Notes under the pieces: generated by a model
Seen by the model: the letters and a program-made list of their open reading frames with translations, nothing else
What the model was told of the DNA's origin: nothing
Database searches by the model: none
Program-made: the position numbers and the translations under genes
Part shown: positions 48,843 to 60,798 of the stretch, one piece after another
Position numbering within the stretch: position 1 is the first letter of the stretch
Layout: the number at the start of each line of letters is the position of its first letter
Assembly (NCBI GenBank): GCA_001599295.1
Contig: BCGN01000004.1
Span: 624,138-688,137, forward strand
DNA length: 64,000 nucleotides
Reading direction: 5' to 3'
Origin: Sporopachydermia quercuum
Taxonomy: Eukaryota

Positions 48843-49022
48843 TCTAAAATGTTATAATCCTGATCTGAATTAATGGTTCATTCTTACTAATATTTATCAC
48901 CATTAGTGCTTTATGTATTCTATATAATTGTCCATCATTGACATGAGAAATATAAATATTACTTGCTATTATGACTGTACAACACACTATGGCTTTTTTG
49001 GTGCTTGAAAACATATAACATA

Positions 49023-51486
49023 ATGAGTGAACAAGTCGAATGCCCAGTATGTAGAAAACTGGTAGCTCTAACGAAGATCAATGCCCATCTTGATAATAAT
49101 TGCCAGTCCGAAGAATCAAAAGAGATTCCTAGCTCTTCCCAATCTGAACCTGATCATGATGTTACTGTTATAAAAGAGGAACAAACTACAAGTAGTTCCA
49201 AAATCACCCATAATCCTCAGAGTAACTCAAATTCCCTTTCATCGTTGCTAGTAGGGTCACGCAAAAGGCCTGGAGAAGCCCTTGACAACGATAGACGAAA
49301 GTCTGGGATTAAGGATGGCAGGCAACAAAAATCTCAACTACATTCACAGAAAAAAATCCCAACAGGCTCTTTATCGTTGCACTCGACATATGTTAGCTCT
49401 TCGATAGATTCCTCACCTTTGAGAGAAGCCTCCAGAAACGAAGTAAAAGCAGCTACTCCAAGTAAACCATCAAAACAAAAGGGTATCAAGGATACACGCC
49501 CTTTGGCTGAAAGACTAAGGCCGCAGTCACTAGATGACTATGTTGGTCAAGAGCATTTAGTTGGACAGAAAGGAATTCTAAGGGGGTTCATTCTTTCAGA
49601 TAGAATACCTTCATTAATACTATGGGGTCCACCTGGAGTGGGTAAAACTAGTATTGCAAGGGTCAGTATTATTTGCATAGGAGAGCATCCTGGTTTAACA
49701 TTTTGATTAACATTTCATTTACTAATGATGTATTTTTTATTTTATTTTCTAGATCATTGCTCATGTCACCAAATCAAGATTTGTTGAGCTTTCTGCCACT
49801 CAATCTGGCATATCAGAATGTCGGAAAGTATTCGAAGAAGCACGTAATACAATGAAACTTACTAGACAGAGAACCATTCTTTTCTGTGATGAAATTCACA
49901 GATTTAACAAATCTCAACAGGATATATTTTGTATGTTCAATATGAGAAACATCTTAACAAGTGGATTATACCCATACTAACCTGTAACGATAGTNCCATA
50001 CGTTGAAAAGGGAGATATAACATTGGTAGGAGCCACAACTGAGTATGTGACTTATATTGTCTCTATTACTGTATTAATATACTATCTGTGGAACAGGTGT
50101 CATAGTAGATGCTTACTAACAGCTAATTTGTATAGGAATCCTTCATTTCAATTAAATTCTGCTTTACTTTCAAGATGTCGAGTGTTTGTTTTACAGAAAT
50201 TAAAACCTGATGAATTGAAGCAAATTCTAATCAGAGCTTTAGCGGAGATCAATAAAGCAAGAAGAGAGAATACAGATTTGAGTGATTTTCAAGACCCTGA
50301 TGCAAAGGCATACTTTTTATTAGATATTGACGCTGAGTGTCTGGATTATTTAGCTGATATATCAGACGGAGACTCACGGATAGCATTAAACCTATTAGAA
50401 ATAGTTGATGGTCACTATTCGAATATTTCTGTTTTTACAGATCCATCGACTCTGATTCCTATTGATTCTGATGAAACGGTCAAAGATAATGATGATGCCG
50501 AGAGCACCGAAAGAATTGCAAGTGAATTCATAGGAAATAATGATGCTCCATCTTTTGATAAGAATAATACAGAGAACGTCAAGGGATATATAATTAGGGT
50601 CAGTCTTTCAGAGATTAAGCAGGTGTTTATTAGATCACATTTGGTTTATGATAGAGTTGGAGATGCTCATTATGATACAATATCTGCTTTCCATAAATCG
50701 GTGCGTGGCTCAGATCCTGATGCAGCATTGTTTTATTTGGCACGAATGCTGGAATCTGGCGAATCACCATTATATGTTGCTAGGAGAATGATCAGAATGG
50801 CATCAGAAGACATTGGAGTAGCTGATGAGTCCTGTTTACCTTTTGCTATAGCCGCTTATCATAGTGTTATGTATGTCGGGTTACCAGAATGTGATGTAAT
50901 GCTAGCCCATTGTACTGTTAAATTGGCTTTGGCAAGAAAATCAGTTATGGTGTATCGTGCGTGGAATAGAGTTAAAGCTGCTATCAAGACAGATACAAAA
51001 GTTGCCTCTAGTCCAATTCCCATTCATTTACGTAACGCGCCTACTAAGTTAATGAAAGAGCTGGGATATGGCGATTTATATAAATATAACCCGGCATTTG
51101 TTGATGGTAAAGTGAGACAAAGGTATATGCCAGAAGGGCTGGAAGATATGAAGTTCATATTTCCTGGCGATCATTTAGGAGACGAGGTTGATCCTGAAGC
51201 TGAAGACTTGGATGAAAGAGATAGTAAGGATATATATAGTAGTCCTTATAGGAAAGCAGTTTTAGGGAATAGGAGTAGTGAAAAGAGTTGGCTTGATACT
51301 AGACATGAGAAATACTATAGATATCGCCCTGGAAATGTAAAGCAAGAAGATCATTTGATCGGTAGTACCAGAAGTATCAACGACAAAAGAAGACAATCAA
51401 ATGGTGATGACACTGATAACCTTGATGACGATAATGACAATCACAATCACAATGACGATGACGATGACTATGTAGAACCATACTAA
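49023..51486 (+). CDS. MGS1: AAA+ ATPase Mgs1/WRNIP1/RarA with a UBZ zinc finger; exons 49023-49661, 49753-49930, 49994-50042 and 50136-51486
   Basis: ECPVC...INAHLD zinc finger, Walker A GPPGVGKT, Walker [23 protein letters not shown] restored by splicing, and [16 protein letters not shown]. Confidence 0.95.
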
Positions 51487-51876
51487 AAAAAAGCTTTCAA
51501 TAAACATTTACTCTTGATCGATGTTTTCAGATTTATAGAGCAGGGTCTCTTGGATAATACACAAATATGCTATAGAACACCAGCACCATTTTCGCCAAAA
51601 ATAAAAAATATGCTAATCCCCAAAGTGATATAATAATACAGATATAATGACAAAAATCAAAAACAAAAAGAAAGAGAGAAAGGAAAAACCAAAACAAATC
51701 ATTATCTACATGTTGAATAAAATGGCAAAATAATGACTCAGAACAAAAAAAATAGTAAAGAGAAAACATGAAAACGCTTTTCCAATCGAGCTTCAACCAT
51801 CATTGGTATCGCGAAACTATAAATCTTCCTTGACTGAATAATCTATCTTTTAGTGGTGAGTTTGGCATGCGGTTTG

Positions 51877-53343
51877 CTATCCTATTAGTAAGTGATGTTG
51901 ATATGCGTCTTTGTTCTTCGTTGCTACTCCTTTGTCTACCTCTTCTTCCTCTTCATTAGGAACAAACAAAGACGGATCAGGACCAAAAAGTTCATCGGCT
52001 CCTTCAGGAACAGGGAATTCTCCCCCATTCGCAGAAAATTGATTATCACCAAAGTCAGGATATTGATCACAATCACCATTACGAAAGTCTAATATGTTAT
52101 CATCCAAATAACTTGCATCCTTATTAACAGTTTCTTCATCACGAACATCTAAACCGATACTATTAAATTCGGCGTCACTTGCAACAAACGAATTCTCCAC
52201 AGGAACAAAAAGTTGTTCTTCATCATCCTAAGGCTCATTCTCTTTTTCCGAATTCTTATTTGAGTTACTGAAATNTACTATCGCATCTAATTCTCCTGAT
52301 TTTTCTGTCTTCTGATTTGCCTTAGGACTGAGCGCTCTCTTGATCATTAATGATCTATCAATGATAAAACGCTTTCTTCCTTGTGGTGGAAGTTTATTCT
52401 CTGCAGTATTTCTTGTGGTGTATGATGGCCTTGTTACGGGTGCTGTGGATTTTCTAGCTTGGGGCTTTGTTCTTCTTGGTTTTGGTTGAGATTCTTCTTC
52501 CTCAAAAGTTTCATCATCCTTAGCGTCATCTTCGCTTTCATTCTCATTTTCTTCTTGATAATCATCCTCATCGTCATTATCATCATCATTATGGTCTTCA
52601 TCNGACGNCGTANTTACTCTCCTTTTCTTCCTTTTGATTTTTGGCTTTCGAGGGTTGGTATTTTTGACAGTTTTCTTCTGCGATGCTTCATGTTCATAAG
52701 AAGAATCATCATTTTCACTTTCAAGTTTTAGTTCAGGTTTATTTTTGTCTTCCAGATCTATTTCACCAGCAGCAATTTTTCTTGCTCTCTCTTCTTCTCT
52801 TCTCTTCCTCTCCTCAAGATCTTTAGCCATTTGATCATCCCATGGTGGTTTCCCCATAATGAAAGAATTTTAAAGAATTGAATCATCGAACAGAGCTTTA
52901 GTTGCTTCTGCACTTGAAGTCTTAACTAATTCTTGTNCGACTCTTCTTGTTAGTCTTTTGTTTGGCTCGATAAAATCAGGAAACTCTGGTGGCTTCATTA
53001 GTTCAGAATAACTGGGATGTTTGGACGGAGAAGAGGATCGTTTTCGTTTCTGGCTGGAAGAGTTTGAAGAAGAGGATGACTTTAAATGTTTTATCTGGCT
53101 GTGGGAGGAAGCCTTCTTATGAGTGGTTTCAACAGCAGCCATGTCACTTGAATCTGTATCATTTTTTGCTTTTGAAATTTCTTCTAAGAATCCTGAAACG
53201 ATAATTGAAGATTTATTAAGGTACGTTGCGATTTCCGACTTGNTTTTATGAGAAAAATCAGATAAAGCGGCAATCGCACCTTTTTCATAATCATTCAAAG
53301 TATTAGTTGCATTTGAAGAGAATTTTGAGTAGAATCTCGACAT
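51877..53343 (-). pseudogene. Single 489-codon frame with two internal stops (TAA 52870-52872, TAG 52228-52230); Tc1/Tc3-like HTH N-terminus followed by low-complexity sequence
   Basis: The three ORF-track ORFs share one frame (offsets of 486 and 657 nt): ...FDDSIL*NSFIMGKPP... and ...ENEP*DDEEQLFVPVENSF.... Confidence 0.6.
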
Positions 53344-55646
53344 TGCTTAATATTTTCAGCTGATTAGAGCCCTTTGGCCCTATTCGATTTATTAACGAAT
53401 TGAAGTTATTGTATCTGCTTAGTTATTATACGTACACCATCAATAAAGGTTAGGTAGGATTAGGATGGAAATTGAAGGTTATAGAATATTTTGCTGCTGC
53501 TGATTCTTTTGAATACATAGCCCATATAAACTGATATTTTCCTTTTCCTTCTCCTAGCCAAAATCAGAATCAGTAGCATTACTAGTTGTCATTTGATGAT
53601 AATACTCAACATCATCACATCAGCCTTGATTACTGTTATCGTTTTTCTTATTTTATTATGTTTTTTTTTTGTATCAAGCTGATTGCATATGAGCAAAAGC
53701 ACAAGGGTGCGGTTCACGAGATCAATAAGATCAATTGACATTCTACTCATGGGGGAAGTGTGAAGATATTGATTTCAGCATTGTTTCACAAGTGGCATGT
53801 GTAATGGGACAATAGATAGTGGTATTAATTAATCATTAANAGATAAATACTAGATATTGATCATTGAGAGAACAGAGACTAGAGACTCGAGTAGATCACT
53901 GAGCAGAGTGAGTGTTGGTTCGAATTGAGACTTGGGTTCTGTTCCGATAGAGAAAACAAGTATTGCACGTAGTTAATTAATCAGATGTTGTATAAGCAAA
54001 TCAATCATGAGAGAAGCTTCATTTGGCGGCTTATTATTAGTGGGAGGAATCGCTTATTTTATTATACATTTAAAGAATGTCTAAGATTTCAACAAAATTA
54101 TTTTTCCTACATTTTGCTGGCAATCNAAGAATTAACTCAAAGCTTATCCAGGAACCGTAAACCTAGGAATTGGATGCACATTCACATTCCNAGAATAACG
54201 CTAACGAAACAATGAAATCATGATGCTATATGCATTAAAGGTATATCAAACAATATCTGAGTCAGCCCTATATCAAGATTGAACCCAGTTCAATTCCTCA
54301 AAATATACATCTATCTTAAATACTTTCTTCGATCTAGTAACTCCGATACCTCCCAAGCGTAGTGTCTTTATATTGTAATTTCATCCACTTCTCCACATCT
54401 ACTTTGTTTGATTTTGATTCAATAAGGTTTATTATTTTCTTGGTCCGCCCCTACTAACGAATTCCACTGGGTTATTACGTATACACGCATTTGTTTAACT
54501 TTATTAACAATATATCCGTTTTTGGTATCTCTTGCAACCGTTAGTTGAACTTAAATTAACTCTTCCAAACTTAACTATCCCTTAGAAATAATTTTTTTTC
54601 TAAAACTAGTTCATGTACAATTACATCATACCTTGGCTACTAACGGTGAATATGGCGATCGGTCTAGCCAGAGAGTCTTTATTTGAATGAATCTGGTTGG
54701 AAAGGCAGAATCCAATTAGAAGAAGCAGCAATGGAATTTATTGTCTTACGAACATCATGAGCTCTAATTCAAATATCTGGAGATAAAGTGAAACTTTTCC
54801 TGCAAATAACTGCACTAGAAAGTAAATTTGAGTAGATAACAAACTGACAATATCAAATCTGACATGATTGAACATTGAACCAAGACATTGATTCCCCTCA
54901 AATGCTCTGATACTTGTGTTCAGAAAGATTCGGTATAATAAATATATTGAGATACACATCAATTGAAAAAGAGCTTCCAATTGAGTAGTTTCATAGAAGG
55001 GTTGACCATTGAACAATGTGCAATGTGCATTGACTATTTCGTTATCGCCATGACCTCAGCTCTCGTGGTCAAAAAGTAGCAATTCCGATTATGCTGCGGA
55101 TACAGTATTATTTGATCCATCCGATATATTCCAAGCTCAAATTCAAAATGACTTATACTCGACTTGAAGCAGGAATAGAGTTCTGATTTATAGATATATT
55201 TAAAGAAAAATACAATATGAAAATAGGGAATTGATAAGAGAAACCCCATAATGAGCTTACATCCTTGCTGTTGATTTTCTAGATGAAACATAATTTCTTG
55301 TTTCTATTTATTGGAACTAATATACACGTAACTATCTATATATGATTGAAATAAGGAATCTAACTACAATCATCTATCTTGATAGATATAACAAACACAT
55401 AGAGGTAAGAATGAGACCCAGCCCAAACAGCAGCAAAGTATTAACAAATCTTCAGCACTGGCTACCAGAAAAATGAAATAGGACCCCAGCCAATCATCAA
55501 TTTTATCATCGAATCAAGAGTATTTCACTACTCACAGCAACTTAACAATTAATTCTTCAAGCATTTCCTCATCAATGCAGCATCATTCATGACTTCCAGA
55601 TATCATATCAAACACGCCACATTACTCTCGATTAAACATACATTAC

Positions 55647-56138
55647 TCATTGCTCATTCTCTTCAGGTACAACAATATCAAGGTACTCACAAACATATTC
55701 TTTTGATTCTTCATATACTCTTTCAACTTCCGTCAAAGTTTCTTCAATCAATTGTAACCACTCATCATCGGTTGTAGGAAGGACTGGTAATACTTCCTTG
55801 GAAATATCAACAGACAAATTAGATGTCGGTTCTAAATCCTTCTTCAATCCATAATTTTGTATCTTAGCACAACCTAATTGTACCTTTTGGAGACCTAATG
55901 ATGACGCCGACCCTTTGATATAATGGCCAAGGTATGATAATCTTTTCAAATCCCTACTGGCTAACTCTTGTCTCATCTCCTTAAAGGTTTGTTCTGCTTG
56001 TTTGAAGAATCCCAAAAACAATTCGGTCGAAAACATCTCATCATCATCATCCATAGCAATAATCTCAGAAAATGTACCCCAATTGATTAAATCGGAAGGT
56101 GGTAGAATGTCTCCATCATTATCTAAAGCGTTACTCAT
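55647..56138 (-). CDS. YPD1: Histidine phosphotransfer (HPt) protein
   Basis: INWGTFSEIIAMDDDD...LSYLGHYIKGSASSLGL...CAKIQNYG; ATG at 56138. Confidence 0.93.
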   Translation of the reverse strand: MSNALDNDGDILPPSDLINWGTFSEIIAMDDDDEMFSTELFLGFFKQAEQTFKEMRQELASRDLKRLSYLGHYIKGSASSLGLQKVQLGCAKIQNYGLKKDLEPTSNLSVDISKEVLPVLPTTDDEWLQLIEETLTEVERVYEESKEYVCEYLDIVVPEENEQ

Positions 56139-58483
56139 TATGCTATTAAAATTGTTATCACTGAAATCTCCTGATTCCTTTATCCTTCCAGTTTGTATGG
56201 TTGAATAGGTCAACTCACTTAATCTGTAACTCTTGTGCCTAACGAACAACCTGAGCTTTTGACACTGCTTCAAATTCGGTTCAGCGAATGTTTTAATTCC
56301 GAATTAATATCACTTTCGCAGTTGTGGAGACTGTTTTTACAAAATCTCTGGAAACCAGTTACCTATTGAATAAAAACACTCAAAAGTTTCAATAAATAAA
56401 CGGTCAGAGTTGTGAAAACTTGATTTTGCTTATCCCAGATTTTATTGTTCGTTAGATTCTCTTATAACAAAGATAAGCAATTGATGGCAACGATACTGTT
56501 TCAGAAATTGTTCAGAAAGCGTGTAAAATTTTTAATGAATGAAAACTAAACACTTTGGTCCCTTGGTGCTAAGGGTTTCAAAAATAGTTGTACGGAGACG
56601 TTTTCACTAATGTTTAAGGTTTCGAAGCTTAAAAGGTTCTTCGATGTGAGAAGTAAATAAAGGAAGCGAGATGTTATGTGGAAACCACGTTCTTTATCAT
56701 GAGTTGTGGTGTGCGTGTTAATTTGATTGCTCCCTGAGATCAATTGTTGTTGATGTTTGTTTTAAGACTATACCTATGCCATTATATTAGTATCTCAAGG
56801 AAGGATTGATTTATGCTAAAGTTTCACTTTGTGTGATTTGACGTATCAAAGATGCCAGAGCTTGTGTTATCTCATCTTGATGAGAAGTGATACTTGGCTT
56901 TCGTAAATGCTTTGTGAGTAAATTTCCCAAGAAGGTAAGTCAGATAATGAATGTCTTTTGCGAGGAAGGAGAAAGCAATACTCCGCTCTAGAAGGTTGAT
57001 ATTTCAGGGAAGTCAAAAGAAAACAATTTAATTATGAGTTTGAGCAAACATTAAACTTGGCGCATTCATGAAATATTATCTGACAGTGCAGGTAAAATTG
57101 ATTGCTCCCAATGCGACAATATTGTCAATTATCGAAGCAACTAGTTCAACGTAAACGTAACTATGAGGTTATTACCAAAGGAATAACAAGTTATACAAAG
57201 TGTCAACATTCAACATATATATTCTGGATATTAAAAGCATCACCAATTACTGAAAGCTGTGTAAAATGTCCTACGTTGGGCTCAGATTCGGCAGTAATCT
57301 GTAACAAACTAACATCGAGTAGAAAGACCAAAAATAAAGTAATGAGGAAGCAACAAAAAAAAGAAAAAGCACTATCATACTTGCTGGAAACCACATCAGA
57401 AAATGGATGGCTGTTCGTCTCGATAAATAAAGACTGTTTTTCCAACTAACAGCACAACATCTTCAAGATATCTTTTCTTACGACTGATTTTCCGGAAGTT
57501 TACTGCTCAATTCTCCGGAAGCACCTTGTAGATAGCCACAATAAGCTGCTCTGTGTCACTAAGACAAAAGTAGTAATGACTTGGCTTTCCAGTCAAAAGA
57601 ACTGTCAAATATCGGAGGTCCTATTACTTATTGTTTCAGTGAATGTATACAATACAGCTCAAAGCTTATCTTTCGAATCGTGTACATGTTTTTTAGAAAT
57701 AAACCTAATCGGATGATACTTCCACTATGCATATGCTTGGAGAGCGTTTGATTGAATTTAGTACTTGATGAAGTGTACTTGGGATACGGAATTCAGCAAC
57801 AAAAATAATATTATAATTAGTTTCTATATAATATCAAGTGGGTTTGCTGAGTTGTGGGGAAATTAATTATTCTGAATTGATTATTGGCTCGGCGCATAGT
57901 ATCTTCTTACTCATTGGCTTCTTCAAGGTTTACCACGAGGTTATGTATAGTTCATGCAGATAACTCCTTTCTTCCTCAAACAGGAAACCTCATCATAAAG
58001 AATACTAACTAACGAATGAAGTCTTTCACTATGAACATTAACCTTATCTACCACATAAGTTTTTTTTGTATCAGCCATATTTTCGTTCGTTTTCATTTCT
58101 TTCTTCTCGTTTCTTCATTTAATTTGGAGAGATGTTGATTCAGACCTCACTCGTTCATTATTTTTTTTTCTTTGTTTCTTTTTTTCTTTTTTTGTAGTCA
58201 TATCCTATACTTTTCAGCACTGTCAATCGTTATTTGACTGGCAAGTTTCCATTCTGTGGCTTCCTCCTTGGTGCGATACCAGATAGATGGGATCAAAACT
58301 GCAAGAAGGCAATACCAACAACTGATAGATCTAGTTAACGAAATAAATTAGTTGTGCCGGACTTTGATTTTTTGTTTTCTCCATCCTTTTCAGTCCCTCC
58401 ATTATATTAGAATTAGGTCAACTACCGTATCCCTTCAAAGTGAACTAACTGGAAGTCATTCATTCANAATAAGCTTACAGCAA

Positions 58484-60103
58484 ATGAGTTCTGCAAATCG
58501 GCAAACTAATGCTCAACCAAATGGAGAGCGGGCACCTTTACTTCAACACGATCAGGAATTAGGTCCGGAAGAAGAATATTACGAAGAAGAAGAAAGCAAA
58601 TCAACCAAGATAGTTCTGTACTCGTCGTTGGTAGGATTAGTTGTTTTGGTTTTATTTTTATTTGTCTACTATATTCCTTTTGTTTTGTATCCGCCGCAAG
58701 AGGTAACAAATATTCTTCCATTGACTAAGGTTGCAAGTTTGAATCTCACAAAGTTAACTGATGAAGCTAGTATTCTCCCAATAGATACACAGAGAAAATC
58801 ACCAAAACGGAAGGTACGAAAGCATACTAAAGATTTGGAAGACTATAAATCAAACTATGAAAATTTCCCATTATGGGATGATTGGTCTCTAATGAGAGAA
58901 ATTCCTGATACGAGAATCATTCTTTTTGGAGATGTTCATGGGACCTACGACGAGCTGGTAGAAATGTTAGACATTCTGAACTATACTTCAACAATAGTAC
59001 CTGGAACCACAGATAGGGTTTACAACGACAAGGTTGTTCTATTGGGCGACTTTGTATCAAAAGGTCCAGATTCCTTAAAAGTTGTTGAACTGGCATATAA
59101 TGAGTCATTTTCTTGTGTTCGAGGCAATCATGAAGAAATCGTGCTAGATAAATATGCAAAATTTCACCACTTACCATATTCAAAGATCAACCTTACAACA
59201 AATGATTCAGACTCCAAACCTAAGAAAAAAAGGCCTCATAATGCCACATCAATTGACGACTACTTAGAATCTGAGGGCAGTGATGTTAGTATTGCAGTTA
59301 ACAGAGGTTCAGAAAAGTGGATTGCTAAACATCTTCCTCCAAATCATGTTCGATACATTTCATCTTGTCCTTCTATTCTTGAGTTGGGGCCCTTTGCTAT
59401 CAATGTCAAGAAGCCAAAAGGAGTGGGTTTATTTAATGAGTTTTCTGATGAAGATCTAGAATTTATCACCGATGACGTTGACGATGACGATGACGATGAG
59501 GATAACGAAGATCTTTTCCCAGTTTCCGGGAAAACAAGCGATGGACTTGGACTTGGTGCAATCCCTATTGCCATCAAATCTCCCAGAATCAAACATCAAC
59601 ATTTTGGAACTGTGCAGATTTCAAAACGATTCAAGAAAATTAATAGAGCCGTTGGTGTTCATGCAGGGCTCCAATGGAATCGCAAGAACTTGGAGAATCA
59701 GAATCCAATTGCAACTTTCTCTATGAGAACTTTGGGCGGTCCTAATTTTACTATCCCATTTGAATTGAACCATTGTCAAGGTCAAATTGACGAATTGTAT
59801 CCTCCTGAGGATGAAACTAATCCCAGTGTTTTGAAAAAGGATCCCAATTGTAAGAATTGGGCCTTAGTATTCAATGATTATCAAAAGACAGCGTTACCAG
59901 AACACAACCGAACAACGGTATTCTATGGTCATGATGCATCAAGAGGTCTTAACATTAAAAGGTTCACTAAGGGTGTTGATACTGGTTGTGTTTATGGAGG
60001 ACGGCTTACTGCGTACATTATCACTATCACTCAGCAACCTAAAAAGTCATATCCGCTTATTTCTCATGATACAGTTTCTCTGAAATGTAAACCTTACGCA
60101 TAG
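58484..60103 (+). CDS. PPN2: Vacuolar metallophosphoesterase/endopolyphosphatase (Ppn2/YNL217W family)
   Basis: ERAPLL dileucine signal and a TM helix; GDVHG, GDFVSKG, VRGNHE, VHAG, FYGHDA and DTGCVYGG motifs; immediately upstream of RAP1. Confidence 0.88.
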   Translation: MSSANRQTNAQPNGERAPLLQHDQELGPEEEYYEEEESKSTKIVLYSSLVGLVVLVLFLFVYYIPFVLYPPQEVTNILPLTKVASLNLTKLTDEASILPIDTQRKSPKRKVRKHTKDLEDYKSNYENFPLWDDWSLMREIPDTRIILFGDVHGTYDELVEMLDILNYTSTIVPGTTDRVYNDKVVLLGDFVSKGPDSLKVVELAYNESFSCVRGNHEEIVLDKYAKFHHLPYSKINLTTNDSDSKPKKKRPHNATSIDDYLESEGSDVSIAVNRGSEKWIAKHLPPNHVRYISSCPSILELGPFAINVKKPKGVGLFNEFSDEDLEFITDDVDDDDDDEDNEDLFPVSGKTSDGLGLGAIPIAIKSPRIKHQHFGTVQISKRFKKINRAVGVHAGLQWNRKNLENQNPIATFSMRTLGGPNFTIPFELNHCQGQIDELYPPEDETNPSVLKKDPNCKNWALVFNDYQKTALPEHNRTTVFYGHDASRGLNIKRFTKGVDTGCVYGGRLTAYIITITQQPKKSYPLISHDTVSLKCKPYA

Positions 60104-60512
60104 TATATATTACCGTACTAGATCATCATTTGTTGTTGGATTCTCCAATATCTTACAAACTGGTGATCTAACAGTACACTGTTAGACTTTCTCATCATTC
60201 CAACACTTTCAGTTGCTCGACAGCTTCATATATCTTTATCTTATTCATACCTTTTAATAGAAATAGTTCAATTCCACTGTGAACTCTTTGAATATGCTGA
60301 TCAAATACTGTCATCAACCGCGCCTCATCCCACCCTATGGCTGACAAATTCTATCACTGTCTCATCTCCCATATGTCTATTGTATCTTCACGTGCCTCTC
60401 CTAAATCACATGACATTCATTTCCCATCATCAGTCTTTCTCCTTCCCCTCTCAAATCAATGAAAACCCAACCACCTTCAAAAACAAACAACTTCCTTTCA
60501 GAAAGAAGAGTT

Positions 60513-60700
60513 TTACACCCTTTCCTTCCCATTCAACTAACCTGATACTGAAAAGTGGTTTAATCAGATTTAGTACTATCTTACACCCGTCAACACAGGT
60601 TATTACTCTATTTTGCAAAAAATAGTACGATAAGAAAAGTAAAAAAACCGTTGTGTTTAGTCCCTCTCCCTTGATAAGGAACGCTGTTTTACACCCATAA
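60513..60700. promoter_or_regulatory. Three TTACACCC motifs (60513, 60581, 60689), candidate Rap1 sites in the RAP1 promoter
   Basis: The identical 8-mer occurs three times within about 185 bp. The third extends to ACACCCATA, which resembles UASrpg. Confidence 0.55.
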
Positions 60701-60798
60701 CCGCCAAAGAGTTGGTTAGCTTTTAATAAATATTCGCAAAAGTCAATTAAGACTTTTGTGATTGTAATAATATATCAACCACCTTCTCAGAACCTCAT

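Noticed and set aside
51877..53343. Genome-wide TAA/TAG reassignment or A-to-I stop correction
   Set aside because: Conserved genes in the window end correctly at TAA and TAG. The local contexts fit Glu, Gln or Lys better than Trp, and neither has a known readthrough motif.
53900..53950. B-box-like GGTTCGAAT
   Set aside because: No cloverleaf or A box could be built, so it is not called as a tRNA.
58443..58480. AACTAAC...CAG just before the PPN2 ATG (possible 5' UTR intron)
   Set aside because: No convincing upstream donor was found.
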